This document shows positions 1-7,675 of a stretch of 24,820 nucleotides of DNA, piece by piece (the first letter of the stretch is position 1; the number at the start of each line of letters is the position of its first letter). The position numbers were made by a program, and so were the translations under genes. Where the stretch lies: contig CAIZGT010000332.1 of assembly GCA_903932545.1 (NCBI GenBank), forward strand, positions 1-24,820. Reading direction: 5' to 3'. The notes beneath the pieces are model-generated. The model saw only the letters and a program-made list of their open reading frames with translations, was not told the DNA's origin and did not search any database. Origin of the DNA: an uncultured Rhodospirillales bacterium. Its GTDB lineage: Bacteria > Pseudomonadota > Alphaproteobacteria > Acetobacterales > Acetobacteraceae.

Positions 1-303
1 TATATGGCTGGTCGGAAGATATTGATTTCACCCACCGCCTCGGTCGGCATGGCCGCATCGTCCAGGTGCAGAGCGCGCGCGGTGTGCATTTGCGGCCAAC
101 GCTGGCAACCGTGCGGGCTAGGGAGTAGCTGCCCTTACCGAACAGATAAATCGGGTTCGCCACTTGCGAATACCCCAGCGCCCGCCCCGGCAGCCGACCC
201 AGTTTTAGCCCCAAATGCACACCGCGGGCGCTCTGCACCTGGACGATGCGGCCATGCCGACCGAGGCGGTGGGTGAAATCAATATCTTCCGACCAGCCAT
301 ATA
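1..303. repeat. 92-bp inverted repeat (1-92 is the reverse complement of 212-303, one mismatch at 77/227) around a 119-nt loop
   Basis: Direct comparison: the + strand TATATGGCTGGTCGGAAGATATTGATTTC...GGTGTGCATTTG equals the minus strand read from 303 down to 212. Confidence 0.97.
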
Positions 304-874
304 ACGGCAATCGCTCATCGAACCGCAGTTCTTCTCGGGCAATGGTCGCAAGGCGCAGCGCCATGTTGCAGCCATATGCATGCTTCACCGCCACAGTGCG
401 GCGCGTCCGGATGTTGCCGCAATCCTGCTTGATCAACTCCCACGCCGACTTGAAATCATAGCCCGGCCCCCGCGTGCCATCCGCTATCATCGCGCCGGTG
501 GTGGCCACAACATCAGGCATTGCCTCAAAAACGGCCATAATGGCGGCGACGTAGCCAGGGGCCATCAGGAAATCGTCGTCGAGAAACAGCACCACATCGC
601 AATCGGCAACAGCACTGAGAATGACGTTGCGTTGGCGGGGCAGGCCGGGGGGCGAGAGCAGAATTTGCACCTTCGGATGCGCATCCAATCCCACCACATC
701 CGATGGCGCAGTGCCGCAGACCACGATCTTTGCCGCATGGCGTGTTTGATGCCGCAGCGTGCGGAGAACTTCGATCAACGCGCTGGCACGCGCCTTGGTT
801 GCAATCCCAATTGCCAATTGAAGGGACTTCGCGGGCGTATGTGGCGTTGTGAGTGGGAGTGGACTGAAATTCAT
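1..874 (-). CDS. Glycosyltransferase family 2 (GT-A), 3' end truncated or chimeric at the window edge
   Basis: Not in the ORF track because it has no stop inside the window. Manual translation from ATG at 874: MNFSPLPLTTPHTPAKSLQLAIGIATKARASALIEVLRTLRHQ...LPRQRNVILSAVADCDVVLFLDDDF...AYGCNMALR...LRFDERLPLYGWSEDIDFTHRLGR...GYSQVANPIYL. It has the DDD (DxD) and ED motifs typical of GT2. Below about position 93 the frame runs into the fold-back repeat. Confidence 0.88.
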   Translation of the reverse strand, partial: MNFSPLPLTTPHTPAKSLQLAIGIATKARASALIEVLRTLRHQTRHAAKIVVCGTAPSDVVGLDAHPKVQILLSPPGLPRQRNVILSAVADCDVVLFLDDDFLMAPGYVAAIMAVFEAMPDVVATTGAMIADGTRGPGYDFKSAWELIKQDCGNIRTRRTVAVKHAYGCNMALRLATIAREELRFDERLPLYGWSEDIDFTHRLGRHGRIVQVQSARGVHLGLKLGRLPGRALGYSQVANPIYLFGKGSYSLARTVASVGRKCTPRALCTWTMRPCRPRRWVKSISSDQPY

Positions 875-1039
875 CTGCGCACCAAATTTTCTAATCAATC
901 TGATAGTGCACGGGTGGTGTTGAGATAATCACATATCATATATTTTAATTAAAATTTGGATGTTCTACAATTGTGAACACAAGAAACCATAGCAATTTAT
1001 GTTATTGAGGTATGAGTTTATTCTGCATTAGATCATTGC

Positions 1040-1831
1040 ATGAATCAAAATACCGATCCACCAGTGGTAATAACGCCCGCGTTCTGGCGCGTAGAGATTT
1101 CAGTGCTATATGCGGCGATCGCATTTCTGCTGAATCCGTTGCCGGCGCGGGCCGATGATGCTGCAATCTGTGGCGTTGCCATCGCGCAAACCGAGCATTC
1201 TGCCCGTCTGCCCCCCGGACTGCTGCACGCAATTGGCATGGTTGAGTCTGCACGGTTGGACCTTAAAACCGGGCATTGGGCTCCCTGGCCGTGGAGCATA
1301 AATGTCGCTGGCATCGACCATGTCTATGCGTCCAAACAGGCGGCGATTGCGGCAGTCGAAGCCGCCCAAGCATCGGGCATTCAATCGATTGATGTTGGCT
1401 GCATGCAAATCAACCTCAAGCATCACCCTCTCGCCTTCGCCACGTTGGAAGATGCGTTCAATCCCAATCTAAACGTCACCTATGCCGCCGCTTTTTTGTG
1501 GCGACTGCATGATGAAAACGGCCAATGGCCGATAGCAGCGGGTGCCTATCACTCACAAACGCCCGAACTGGCCACCGCTTATGTGGCGCGGCTGGCGGCA
1601 TATTGGCCGCCAGCGGCGGGATACGCCGCACCGCACCTGGTGGCGATGGCGCGTGATGTTGATCCATATAACGTCATGACCCCCGAGTTTAAGGCGAAGA
1701 TGGTCCAAGCGGCGATTGCCCGTGCAGCGCGGGACACCGCGTTGCAGCCGCCGCCACTGGTCAAGACAGTGAACGCGGCCCCGCCGCGGCAAGTCCCGCT
1801 CAAGTTTGCTGATGCCAGCGCCGCGCCCTGA
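1040..1831 (+). CDS. Lytic transglycosylase, SLT domain, with N-terminal signal or anchor
   Basis: Catalytic-Glu motif AIGMVES, WPWSINV, DVGCMQINL, AAGAYHS; hydrophobic N-terminus ending in PARA. Confidence 0.9.
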   Translation: MNQNTDPPVVITPAFWRVEISVLYAAIAFLLNPLPARADDAAICGVAIAQTEHSARLPPGLLHAIGMVESARLDLKTGHWAPWPWSINVAGIDHVYASKQAAIAAVEAAQASGIQSIDVGCMQINLKHHPLAFATLEDAFNPNLNVTYAAAFLWRLHDENGQWPIAAGAYHSQTPELATAYVARLAAYWPPAAGYAAPHLVAMARDVDPYNVMTPEFKAKMVQAAIARAARDTALQPPPLVKTVNAAPPRQVPLKFADASAAP

Positions 1832-1845
1832 TAAGGACCTCCGAT

Positions 1846-3351
1846 TTGTCCAGCATTGACACGCCCCCTCCTGCCGACGGGATCGACACGCTCAAGCGCC
1901 AATCGGTGCGCGGGGCTGCGGCCACGTTTCTGGCGCAAGGCCTGCGGTTCATTTTGCAGTTTGGCTCGCAAATTGCGCTGGCACGCCTGCTCAGCCCGGC
2001 GGATTTCGGCCTCGTTGCGATGATCGGGCCGGTCCTGATGCTGGTGCAGATATTCAACGAACTCGGCCTATCGCAAGCCACCATCCAGCGTGCCGAGATT
2101 TCACAGCAGGAATTGTCCTCGCTGTTTTGGCTCAATGTCGGGGTGAGCGTGGTTCTGGCGATCATCATGGCAGCGAGTTCCTCTGCTATTGCGCTGTTTT
2201 ACGGACAGCCTGAATTGGTGATGATTTGCATGTCTCTGGCGGGTTTGCTGGTCTCCAGCGGCCTTGCCTCCCAGCAGATCGCCCTGCTCAACCGCCATAT
2301 GCGGTTCAGCGCGCTGGCATGGATTGATATCGTGTGCAGCGCGATCGCCGTGGTGGTGGGGATCACGGCGGCGTGGATGGGCATGCGCTACTGGTCGTTG
2401 GTGCTGATGCAGGCGGCAAATGCGATCACAATTTTGATCATGGCCTGGGCATTGTCCGACTGGCGACCGTCTTGGCCGTCTCGTCACGAAGGCTTTGGCA
2501 ATCTACTGCGCTTTGGTGGCCATGTAACGGGCTATAATCTCATCAACTATGCCGGCACCAATCTCGACAGCGTGTTGATCGGCAAGCTCGGCGGCAGCGT
2601 GGCGCTGGGTTTGTTTGACCGCGCAACCAAGCTGGTGGCCGCGCCGATCTGGCAGATCAGCCTGCCGGTGGCGCGCGTGGCGGTGTCCCTCTTGTCGCGA
2701 CTGAACACCCAGGCGGATCGATATCGCAGCGCCTATCTGCGCATGCTTCAAGGTCTGCTGCTCGCCACGGTTCCTGCGGTGGTGTGCATCGCAATGACCT
2801 CATCGCAATTCGTGCCAATGCTGCTCGGCACCGCCTGGACGGAGGCGGCCCCAATCGTCACCTGGCTGGCCGTTGCCACCGCCTTCGCACCGTTGAGCAT
2901 CAGCTCCTATTGGCTGTTTCTCAGCCAAGATCGGGTCGGTGAGCAACTGTTCTACGTCTGCGTCAAAACCGCCATCGCCATCCTGGCGCTGTTGATCGGG
3001 CTGCAAGGCGGAGCCTTGGGGGTGGCGCAGTCTTACGCCGCCTTTGCCATACTGGTGCATGGCTCCCTGCTCTGGGGTGCCACCCGCACCGGACCCGTCA
3101 GCCATTCTGATGTCCTGCGGGCCTGTTATCCATTTGTGATCGCAGGAGCCGCGATTGCGTCGGCGCTGACCTGGCTGAACGATAGCAGCGCGGCTGAACA
3201 ACTCACGCGTGGTCAATTGTTGTTGTCCGACGTGGTGGCGGCATACGGCGTGTGTGGATTGACCATGCTGTGCACCCCAGAGGGACTGAAAATCGCACGG
3301 GATTTGTGGAATCTCCGCACCCATTTCGGCCATGTGCGCGCACCAAGCTAA
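1846..3351 (+). CDS. wzx: Wzx-type polysaccharide flippase (PST family)
   Basis: 501 aa with many TM segments. It begins with the family pattern SVRGAA...LARLLSPADFGLVAM...ELGLSQATIQR. TTG start with AAGGA RBS at 1833-1837. Confidence 0.92.
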   Translation: MSSIDTPPPADGIDTLKRQSVRGAAATFLAQGLRFILQFGSQIALARLLSPADFGLVAMIGPVLMLVQIFNELGLSQATIQRAEISQQELSSLFWLNVGVSVVLAIIMAASSSAIALFYGQPELVMICMSLAGLLVSSGLASQQIALLNRHMRFSALAWIDIVCSAIAVVVGITAAWMGMRYWSLVLMQAANAITILIMAWALSDWRPSWPSRHEGFGNLLRFGGHVTGYNLINYAGTNLDSVLIGKLGGSVALGLFDRATKLVAAPIWQISLPVARVAVSLLSRLNTQADRYRSAYLRMLQGLLLATVPAVVCIAMTSSQFVPMLLGTAWTEAAPIVTWLAVATAFAPLSISSYWLFLSQDRVGEQLFYVCVKTAIAILALLIGLQGGALGVAQSYAAFAILVHGSLLWGATRTGPVSHSDVLRACYPFVIAGAAIASALTWLNDSSAAEQLTRGQLLLSDVVAAYGVCGLTMLCTPEGLKIARDLWNLRTHFGHVRAPS

Positions 3352-3956
3352 GATTTGCGACTTGCATCAGCATCCCCAATCGCCGTCGCCTTGGCGTCTT
3401 TCAACGCGCCGAGCAATTGTTGAGCATCGGCTGGCTCCGCCATCGAAATCGCCTCCCGGTCCAGCCGGTCGGGCAGCTGCGGACTGTCTCTGCGCAACTC
3501 CTCCAGCAATGCGATGATTTTGGCGGTCTTCTGCTCGCTGAGCAGCGTGAGTTGCAGTGTCAGTTGCGCATGGTGCTGTGCCAATTGTTCTTCACGGCGC
3601 TGGGTGACGAGGATCATCACCACCACGTAAAACTCGCCCAATGCCACCAAACTCATCAGCCACCCAAACGGGGCTGGATCGATGGCGGCAAAGCCGAGGC
3701 CTGTGGTTAGAACATTCCCGGCGATCCATCCAAAGATCACCAATGTTGCAAACACCAGAAAACGCGGCTGGCTTAGGGTGGCGATCACACGATCCACCCA
3801 TAATTGCGTCACTGTCGCTTGCTCGTGGTGCTCCACATCCACTTGTGTGGCAGATCGAATAGCCTCGGAAACATGTGGCGGCAGGTCGGGTTCCAAAATG
3901 TTATGCAGCCCCGTTTGAGAGAGCCGCCACGACGGCGAACATCCGCAAACCTGCAC
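3348..3956 (-). CDS. DUF1003-like membrane protein (start uncertain; TTG at 3896 possible)
   Basis: Two TM helices flanking DPAPFGWL, then MILVTQRREEQLAQHHAQLTLQLTLLSEQKTAKIIALLEELRRD, matching the DUF1003 pattern as recalled. Confidence 0.8.
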   Translation of the reverse strand: MQVCGCSPSWRLSQTGLHNILEPDLPPHVSEAIRSATQVDVEHHEQATVTQLWVDRVIATLSQPRFLVFATLVIFGWIAGNVLTTGLGFAAIDPAPFGWLMSLVALGEFYVVVMILVTQRREEQLAQHHAQLTLQLTLLSEQKTAKIIALLEELRRDSPQLPDRLDREAISMAEPADAQQLLGALKDAKATAIGDADASRKS

Positions 3957-4033
3957 GCATAAGATTGTCAGTCATATTGGCTTCCTTCGCGTTCAGCGTT
4001 CCAATCACCTAGCGATCAATTCCCGCCATATGA

Positions 4034-4067
4034 GGGGGGCGAGTATTTTCCGAAGCCGCGGCCCCCC
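4034..4067. repeat. GC-rich inverted repeat GGGGGGC-N20-GCCCCCC
   Basis: Arms at 4034-4040 and 4061-4067, preceded by TGA; similar to the hairpin at 4870-4899. Confidence 0.55.
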
Positions 4068-4073
4068 CCCAAA

Positions 4074-4109
4074 GTCACCACGCAGGTCACCACGCAGGTC
4101 ACAACGCAG
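4074..4109. repeat. Tandem repeat, 3 x 12 bp GTCAC(C/A)ACGCAG
   Basis: Units at 4074, 4086 and 4098 (third has one mismatch); intergenic. Confidence 0.92.
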
Positions 4110-4229
4110 GTTGCGTTTGACTGGAACCGCATTCCTTCGTCATCGCCACGCATCCCTTGATATGACGGGCGATCACGCTGTATATCAGTAACAACTCGTA
4201 ACGATAAGAACGCAACTCCGCCGCGTTCC

Positions 4230-4808
4230 TCATCGCATTTTTCCAAAACCCTCCCGCCTCGCCCAAGCCAACACGCCCCTCGGCAACGGAATCCGAAATG
4301 GCTCCGGTTGCGGGCGCGGCCGTCGTGTTCGCCGACGCATCACACCGCGTTCTTCCGGGATTTTATCGACCGTCCAAGGCAGCTCAATCGCCAACGCGCG
4401 ACACAATGGCCGCAAAATGCGCCGCGCCTGCTCAGACGAGGCCAACATCTCCGCCATCTCCGGCGCATCCAACGCCATCCGCAACCGCAAGCCATATCCC
4501 GCCGCATGGTGCTGGCCCGATTTGAGCAGCCAGCCAAATCGGCGTGGCAGTCGAATGCTCGGCTGCGTCCGACATCTCGGCTGCCCCGTCACATGAACCC
4601 GCTGTGGCAGCAGCCACAGCTTGCCCGCACGAAACCGAACCAGCATGCGTTCAACCCGGTTGAGCGTCTGGCCAATCCGGTTGTGCAGCAGAATGCCCAG
4701 CAAAGGCGCCAACCCAAAACCGCCCAACGCCGCCTTCAGCCCAAGCAAAACCGCCCGCAGATTTGCGACGACCATGTCAGTTGGGGAAAGGGGGGGCTGT
4801 TGGTCCAT
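4230..4808 (-). CDS. Hypothetical basic protein, 192 aa
   Basis: ATG start. It contains LPRRFGWLL...AAGYG...PEMAEMLAS..QARRILRPLCRAL, which I recall from uncharacterised Acetobacteraceae proteins (not verified). No known domain recognised. Confidence 0.65.
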   Translation of the reverse strand: MDQQPPLSPTDMVVANLRAVLLGLKAALGGFGLAPLLGILLHNRIGQTLNRVERMLVRFRAGKLWLLPQRVHVTGQPRCRTQPSIRLPRRFGWLLKSGQHHAAGYGLRLRMALDAPEMAEMLASSEQARRILRPLCRALAIELPWTVDKIPEERGVMRRRTRRPRPQPEPFRIPLPRGVLAWARREGFGKMR

Positions 4809-4869
4809 CTAACATTCAACACTACATCCACTGGCTGAACTCAAGCGAATTCGCTCGCAGCCCTGTGAG

Positions 4870-4899
4870 GGGGGGCAATTCCCCCGGAATCGGCCCCCC
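4870..4899. repeat. Hairpin GGGGGGC-A-ATTCC-CCC-GGAAT-CG-GCCCCCC
   Basis: Outer stem 4870-4876/4893-4899, inner stem 4878-4882/4886-4890. It lies between the 64-aa gene and the 192-aa gene and could be a terminator, though no U-tract follows it. Confidence 0.6.
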
Positions 4900-4947
4900 A
4901 CGCGTCCGCTGACCCAACATCGCCCCGAGCCGCTCACGCGTGTTTGT

Positions 4948-5142
4948 CTAACCCGGCTTTGGCGGCGCGGCTTTGCGGCCAGATCCGCTCAACTTGCCAC
5001 CGCCGGAGAGTTTGTTCACCGTCGCCCAAGCTCGCGCCTTGGCCTCCTCATCATCAACGCCACGCTTTTCGTAGCTTTCCTCGATATGGAGAGCCTGCCG
5101 TTTCTGCTTGCCGGTGTAGGCTGATTTATCGCCGCGTGGCAT
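4948..5142 (-). CDS. Small conserved basic protein (family often labelled 'plasmid stabilization protein'; ChaB-like/stress-associated by inference)
   Basis: MPRGDKSAYTGKQKRQALHIEESYEKRG...ARAWATVNK.SGGGK.SGSGR is a pattern I recognise from memory. GGGAG RBS 6 nt upstream of the ATG. Confidence 0.8.
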   Translation of the reverse strand: MPRGDKSAYTGKQKRQALHIEESYEKRGVDDEEAKARAWATVNKLSGGGKLSGSGRKAAPPKPG

Positions 5143-5160
5143 TGCGTGCTCCCACCATCT

Positions 5161-6069
5161 CTAAGCGCGCTGCCAAACGCGCACATAATCGAGCGTGTAG
5201 TCCCAATCGTCCCCGCCATACGTCATGCCGGTCAGATCAACGCCTTTCAGCGTCATACCGATTTGGTTGGTGATCAGGATATGCGCAGGCGGCGCGTTCC
5301 AGCCGATCACCGTTTGCTTGATCGGTTTGCCGTCCACCACCCAAATCGGCCGATCTTTCACCCAATCGAGGGCAAACACATGAAAATCGGCTGAGAAATC
5401 AATGCCGGGATCATAACGCCCGTTGGACAACAGGCTGAAAATATCCCGCGTTCGCCCCTCGCGCCCGGCATTCGCCGCCGGGTGCACTTCGCCCTGTAGA
5501 ATGCGTGGGCGGGTGCGACCTTGCCAGACGAAGAACTCAAAAATATCGATCTCCGGCGGCCAGGGTGTGGCTGAGAACGTGCCACTGGGCGTCTCAACCC
5601 CGGGATTGAGCCAGAACGACGGCCAAACGCCCAAGCCGCGCGGCAATTTTGCCCGCATTTCCACATACATCCCCGGCATCACCGGCAGCAGCGCGCGCAA
5701 CATGCCGCTCTCCAACCCGCCACTGCGCAACCCACCGCCTTGCGGCATGCGGGCCTTGAGGATCAGGGCATTGTCGCTGAAAACATGCAGCGACCTTGGA
5801 TCACCCTGCGGATAATCACGGTGGGACGACCAATAGGTTGGCAATCTGTCGAGTTGCCCCGCGTCATAGATATAACGAAACCGGAACGCGTTTTGCAGCT
5901 CGGCCATATTGTGAATCGTGGCGTCCGGTCGGTCACGGCCGAAACTCCAATCGGCCAGTAGATCAAAGCGGCCATCCGCCTGTGCTGGTTGCGGCGTTGT
6001 GGCGCGTGCTGTGTTGGTGCTCAGCAGTGCTCCGGTTGTGGCAAGGCTGAGCAGCCTGCGACGACGCAT
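5161..6069 (-). CDS. Glycoside hydrolase family 16, probable Tat-exported glycanase
   Basis: GH16 motifs GMYVEMRAKLP, WPSFWL, catalytic EIDIFE, DFHVFALDW, DYVRVWQ; N-terminal MRRRRLLSLA..ARA twin-arginine-like leader. Confidence 0.9.
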   Translation of the reverse strand: MRRRRLLSLATTGALLSTNTARATTPQPAQADGRFDLLADWSFGRDRPDATIHNMAELQNAFRFRYIYDAGQLDRLPTYWSSHRDYPQGDPRSLHVFSDNALILKARMPQGGGLRSGGLESGMLRALLPVMPGMYVEMRAKLPRGLGVWPSFWLNPGVETPSGTFSATPWPPEIDIFEFFVWQGRTRPRILQGEVHPAANAGREGRTRDIFSLLSNGRYDPGIDFSADFHVFALDWVKDRPIWVVDGKPIKQTVIGWNAPPAHILITNQIGMTLKGVDLTGMTYGGDDWDYTLDYVRVWQRA

Positions 6070-6071
6070 CG

Positions 6072-7001
6072 CTAAATCGCCCCGAGCGACTGTCGCAACT
6101 TCACCATCGCCTGTCGCCGAAACGCACCGGGCAAATGCCGCAAATAGCGCCGTGCCGGAAACCGCGCCAAAGTGCGCCGCAATGGGCTGTTGGCGAAGAA
6201 ATACGCTGAGAGATCAAACTCAAACTTCAGCGTGCTGGCGATAAAGCGATCCGTATCAAGCACCGGGTGCAAGAACGTCGCACTCGCATGCTGTTCCAAG
6301 TCGTCCTCTAGGATCGGCGGATGCCACTCATAATGCGAGGCATCGCCAAACGCTTCCAACGAGGCGCAACGATAACCCGCCAGCGCCATTTCGGTGGCAA
6401 CAAACACTTCATTGCCCGGCCAGAATTTCAAATCCCCGGCCTGATACGCCCGCGTCATCTCCAAACGACGTCTGAACAATTGTTGCATGGCACGGTTGGA
6501 ATAGACCGCGATGCAGTTGAGTGAGCCTTGGATCGCCTCCACCGGGTAAACGGCCGTGTGAAATTTGGTCCAATACCAACTCTGTTTGGGCTGGCGGGTG
6601 GGAAGGCTGACGAAATCATAGCCACCTTCCGCCACGGACGCGATAAAGCCATCAATATCGATCTGCGCACAGGAATCATATTCCACGAACAGATAGTATT
6701 GATAATTCTGATTCAAAGCATAGTATAGATATTGCGGATAATCCGTATTCCACCAAATCAGCCCACCCTTGCCAAAGGCGTTGGCAAGTCCAAGTGCCAG
6801 CAATTCCGCATTGTTGGTGCGGATCACCTTGTCATGCGGAATTGCTCCAACTGCACCATGGGTCTCATCAACAATAATCACCAAATCGCCGCAGCCAATC
6901 GCCGCCTGATAGCGCAAGAACTGCCGCGCCACGAACGCGTCCCATTTAAATGTCTTGAATACGACGACATACGTGGCGGGCACAGCGCTCTCCCGGTTCA
7001 A
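6072..7001 (-). CDS. Hypothetical protein, putative GT-A-fold glycosyltransferase (DUF3405-like)
   Basis: 309 aa, TTG start (uncertain). It lies 14 nt after wza and 2 nt before the GH16 gene. Motifs VIIVDE, YYLFVEYD, WYW, NEVFVATE, FLHPV. Confidence 0.7.
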   Translation of the reverse strand: MNRESAVPATYVVVFKTFKWDAFVARQFLRYQAAIGCGDLVIIVDETHGAVGAIPHDKVIRTNNAELLALGLANAFGKGGLIWWNTDYPQYLYYALNQNYQYYLFVEYDSCAQIDIDGFIASVAEGGYDFVSLPTRQPKQSWYWTKFHTAVYPVEAIQGSLNCIAVYSNRAMQQLFRRRLEMTRAYQAGDLKFWPGNEVFVATEMALAGYRCASLEAFGDASHYEWHPPILEDDLEQHASATFLHPVLDTDRFIASTLKFEFDLSAYFFANSPLRRTLARFPARRYLRHLPGAFRRQAMVKLRQSLGAI

Positions 7002-7015
7002 ATCGCGAGAACTGT

Positions 7016-7573
7016 TTAGTAACGGCGCTCATAAACATTCACCACGTCACCGGGGGCGATAAAGGAAACCGGCGTTACCTTGCCCGACACCGCTCGGTTG
7101 TCCGTCGTGCGCACCACCGAGGCGTAATCCTCAACCGCGCGATAGGTAAACCCGCCAGCCACCGCCACCGATGTCAGCATCGTCATCCCAGGCTGGAAGG
7201 CATATTGGCCGGGCTTGGCCACTTCACCGAGCACGAAGATCGGTCGATAGGCGATCACCTCCACCGCCACACTCGGATCACGCAACAGGTTTCGCGATTT
7301 GATCTCGGTGGCGATGTTGCCATCCAGCTGCTCCGGCGTCAGCCCGGCAGCATGCACCGCACCGAGCAACGGCAAGGCGACATTGCCGCGATCATCCACC
7401 CTAAACTCCCCGGTCAACTGCTCTTCGCCGAAGGTGATAACCCGGATCTGATCGCCGGCGCCGAGCTTATAGGCGTCATTGTGATAGGCAGCGATGGGTG
7501 TGAGGTCCGCACCCGGCGTGCACCCAGCGGCGATCAGCAACAGGCAGGGTGCAGCCAACATATATCGCTTCAT
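7016..7573 (-). CDS. wza: Polysaccharide export OPX lipoprotein (Wza/GumB/ExoF family), short form
   Basis: Poly_export motif YKLGAGDQIRVITFGEEQLTGEFRVDDRGNVALPLLG; SLBB segment VLGEVAKPGQY..AVAVAGGFT; lipobox-like IAAGC. The RBS AAGGA fits the ATG at 7573 better than 7582. Confidence 0.92.
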   Translation of the reverse strand: MKRYMLAAPCLLLIAAGCTPGADLTPIAAYHNDAYKLGAGDQIRVITFGEEQLTGEFRVDDRGNVALPLLGAVHAAGLTPEQLDGNIATEIKSRNLLRDPSVAVEVIAYRPIFVLGEVAKPGQYAFQPGMTMLTSVAVAGGFTYRAVEDYASVVRTTDNRAVSGKVTPVSFIAPGDVVNVYERRY

Positions 7574-7675
7574 GATCGTCATCCTTGCTTCTGAGAAATA
7601 TTGAATGGAATATGGATAAAATAGGAATGAATTATATATATGTATGTTAATTGCTATATAAAATAAACAATCCCT

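Noticed and set aside
380-928. 182-aa + strand ORF, and 4..276 +
   Set aside because: Antisense shadows of the minus-strand GT2 and the fold-back; no motifs.
942-955. 14-bp palindrome ATTTTAATTAAAAT in the GT2/SLT divergent gap
   Set aside because: Pure A/T, plausible by chance in an AT-rich gap.
4074-4109. Possible CRISPR or iteron array
   Set aside because: Repeats are contiguous with no spacers, and no cas or rep gene is present.
4016-4246. 76-aa ORF with a (TCVV)3 repeat
   Set aside because: It only reflects the 12-bp DNA repeat, overlaps the 192-aa gene end and shows no other coding evidence.
3957-5260. EcfG/sigma-T promoter (GGAAC-N16/17-CGTT) upstream of the stress-type genes
   Set aside because: Partial matches had the wrong spacing in my manual scan.
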